A DNA stretch of 45,194 nucleotides from an uncultured Pseudomonadota bacterium. Its GTDB lineage: Bacteria; UBA10199; GCA-002796325; CAYWXY01. The position numbers and the translations under genes are program-made. This document shows positions 43,366 through 45,194 of the stretch, piece by piece (positions within the stretch are counted from its first letter, which is position 1; every line of letters begins with the position of its first letter). The notes beneath the pieces were generated by a model. That model made no database searches. It worked only from the letters and a program-made list of their open reading frames with translations, and had not been told where the DNA came from. The stretch is from contig CAYWXY010000004.1 in NCBI GenBank assembly GCA_964462555.1, positions 1 to 45,194 of the forward strand, written 5' to 3'.

Positions 43366-44025
43366 ATGGCAAAGAAAGAGATAGCACCCTCCATTTTGTC
43401 CGCAGATTTTTCAAAACTCGCTGAGGAAATTCAGGCAATTGAAACGGCTGGTGCAGACATCGTTCATGTGGATGTTATGGATGGTCACTTTGTCCCCAAT
43501 ATTACGATTGGCGCTCCCGTTGTTAAATCGATTCGGCCAACGACCAAACTCCCACTCGATTGCCACCTCATGATCACCGATCCAGACAAATATGCCCCCG
43601 ACTTTGCCAAGGCTGGTGCTGACATGATTTCTGTCCATGTTGAAACATGCGATCTTAAGAAAAGTCTGCCCGCAATCAAGAAACTCGGTTGCCAGGCCGG
43701 TGCCGTCATCAACCCGCCGACACCACTTGAGGAACTCCTCCCCTTTGTTGAGTACGCCGACTTCATCCTCGTGATGAGTGTCAATCCCGGTTTTGGCGGT
43801 CAAAGCATGATCCCGGACTGCGTTGAAAAGGTTCGCGTTCTGGACGCTCTAAGAAAAGAAAAGGGTTATAGCTATCGCATTCAGATCGATGGCGGCATCA
43901 AGGTCGACAATATTCATATTGCAGCCGAGGCAGGTACCGACATTTTTGTTGCCGGCTCAGCTATCTTTAATAATCCACCGTATGAAAATGTTATTTCGGA
44001 GATGAAGAAGATCATAAATTCCTAG
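43366..44025 (+). CDS. rpe: Ribulose-phosphate 3-epimerase
   Basis: PSILSADF..L..EI.....AGAD..H.DVMDGHFVPN...G, HLM, VMSVNPGFGGQ and DGGI motifs. Confidence 0.9.
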   Translation: MAKKEIAPSILSADFSKLAEEIQAIETAGADIVHVDVMDGHFVPNITIGAPVVKSIRPTTKLPLDCHLMITDPDKYAPDFAKAGADMISVHVETCDLKKSLPAIKKLGCQAGAVINPPTPLEELLPFVEYADFILVMSVNPGFGGQSMIPDCVEKVRVLDALRKEKGYSYRIQIDGGIKVDNIHIAAEAGTDIFVAGSAIFNNPPYENVISEMKKIINS

Positions 44026-44031
44026 TTTATC

Positions 44032-44156
44032 GAAATCACAATATCCAAACTACAAACAATTTACAAATCACAATGTTCAAAACGTCGTGGTTTCGGTCAT
44101 TGTAATTTTGATATTGGATATTGTTTGTAATTTGTAGATTGAGATTTGTAATTTAT
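44032..44156. repeat. Family-H long hairpin repeat, copy 3
   Basis: aaatcacaatatccaaactacaaacaatttacaaatcacaatgttcaaaac ... tttcggtcattgtaattttgatattggatattgtttgtaatttgtagattgagatttgtaattt. Between convergent rpe and a lipoprotein gene. Same orientation as copies 1 and 2. Confidence 0.7.
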
Positions 44157-44171
44157 ATTTTGTGAGCTACA

Positions 44172-45089
44172 TTACCAATCTTCATTATCTTGCCAAACAG
44201 TATTTTCTTCGACAACTTCACCGTAGGAAGGAACAAGAGATGAAGAGATTCGCTCAAACTTGTACGGATCTTCTTTATAATTGACGGAAACGGTATTGCG
44301 GCTCTCTTCAGGGACACGAATAATACTACTATTCGCACCCAAAAGCGGATGCCATGTATTTACGCGATAGACACCACGGGGAACATTAACGATCGTAAAA
44401 TAACCTTTCTTATCCACCTTACCATACCAGGCCTTGTTTGTAATAACGACCCAGGCATCCATCCAGCGATGAAAACCGGAGGCAATGTGCCAGATGTCGG
44501 TTCGGTTGGCGAGGAAGCTAATCGGCATCCCTTGTGGCACACTGTGGATACCTGGTGTCTGCAAGGTGAAGACGCTTGGCGTATCACCATAATATTGAAC
44601 ATATTGTTGACGTTTGCGATGTTGACCATCGACCACAAACCAGTGGTCCTTCCGGTCATCATTGACGATCTCAATTTGTGTTCCAACGGGAATAACGGTC
44701 ATTCGCGGATAAAATTCGCATTCGCGCTCTTCAATTATAACCGTGCCCGGCGAACCCTGTCCGTGCCCGAACTTCAGATTGCTAATATCCTCCGGCGACA
44801 TATCTTCCCAGACTGGCTCTAACCAAACGGCAACATCGATCAAACGCTGATGCCATAGGCGTGATTTTTTGAGTCTTAAGATTTGGTCTGCATGACGCTT
44901 TCCACAAGCTCCCCGATAGGCCGTTGTCGGAATGGGATAGACGATCGGTGACACTCCCAACCACAAGACCTCGCCACGTATCGTAAATAGCTCTTCGTCC
45001 ATCTCGGATGAGCGCTTCGACGGATGCGTTCCCCACGTGGCACAGGCCGAAACAACAAAGAGTAGCAGTATAATAATGAAACGTTTCAT
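44172..45089 (-). CDS. Lipoprotein of unknown function
   Basis: Lipobox LFVVSAC. The C-terminal half has beta-rich segments (KKGYFTIVNVPRGVYRVNTWHP). Only 9 nt downstream of the preceding minus-strand ORF. Confidence 0.65.
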   Translation of the reverse strand: MKRFIIILLLFVVSACATWGTHPSKRSSEMDEELFTIRGEVLWLGVSPIVYPIPTTAYRGACGKRHADQILRLKKSRLWHQRLIDVAVWLEPVWEDMSPEDISNLKFGHGQGSPGTVIIEERECEFYPRMTVIPVGTQIEIVNDDRKDHWFVVDGQHRKRQQYVQYYGDTPSVFTLQTPGIHSVPQGMPISFLANRTDIWHIASGFHRWMDAWVVITNKAWYGKVDKKGYFTIVNVPRGVYRVNTWHPLLGANSSIIRVPEESRNTVSVNYKEDPYKFERISSSLVPSYGEVVEENTVWQDNEDW

Positions 45090-45098
45090 AAAAACCTT

Positions 45099-45194
45099 CT
45101 ATCGAAACTTCAACATCTCGTGCACAACGCTCTTTTTAAGATCAAGAAGCTCCCTCTTTGGCGTATCAGTTTCAATCAAAAGCTGATAAAGCCG
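45099..45194 (-). CDS. 3' end of an unidentified CDS running off the window
   Basis: Open minus-strand frame from the window edge (RLYQLLIETDTPKRELLDLKKSVVHEMLKFR) with its stop at 45101-45099. Too short to identify. Confidence 0.4.
   Translation of the reverse strand, partial: RLYQLLIETDTPKRELLDLKKSVVHEMLKFR

Noticed and set aside
1-45194. Mobile genetic element, prophage or defense island.
   Set aside because: No integrase, transposase, phage structural, restriction-modification, toxin-antitoxin or cas-like sequences were recognisable. The only mobile-looking features are the short non-coding repeat families.

Overview
This 45.2-kb chromosomal segment comes from a diderm bacterium. TonB-dependent transport, lipobox lipoproteins and sigma-54 promoters are all present. 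It is densely coded, with about 41 CDS and no rRNA, tRNA, CRISPR array, transposase or integrase that I could recognise. All product calls rest on motif recognition by eye; no database search was run.

Gene content from left to right:
- A partial M42 peptidase gene.
- A minus-strand lysine-fermentation operon, kdd-kamA-kamD-kamE, followed by a tightly linked DAGK-fold kinase.
- Nif3-like and HemL-like aminotransferase genes.
- A tightly packed minus-strand operon: thiL, two DUF21-CBS (CNNM) genes, larC, and an rlmD-like gene.
- A secreted trehalase-like hydrolase.
- An approximately 8-kb cobalamin-riboswitch-controlled uptake operon: btuB, an 822-aa lipoprotein, btuF, btuC, btuD, tonB.
- asnS, a CDF transporter, an RluA-family synthase, a DUF3047-like protein and a TPR-like protein.
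- A polX-nth operon that continues into a 213-aa unknown and a membrane-anchored P-loop ATPase.
- rlmH, elbB, priA.
- A block of uncharacterised secreted proteins and a RyR-like protein.
- def-fmt-rpe and a lipoprotein.

Most notable observations:
1. The beta-propeller/Ig lipoprotein embedded in the B12 operon may be a surface cobalamin-capture protein.
2. Three near-consensus sigma-54 promoters each drive a secreted protein of unknown function. Two of these proteins are adjacent paralogs that share a roughly 50-aa Cys-rich module I do not recognise as a named domain.
3. Several dispersed structured repeat families occur:
   - long CAAATTACAA-type hairpins;
   - a roughly 100-nt element with compensatory changes;
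   - 28-nt SD/anti-SD palindromes;
   - a 60-nt perfect palindrome;
   - G/C-rich palindromic elements.
4. One of the G/C-rich palindromic elements is inserted in frame inside fmt.
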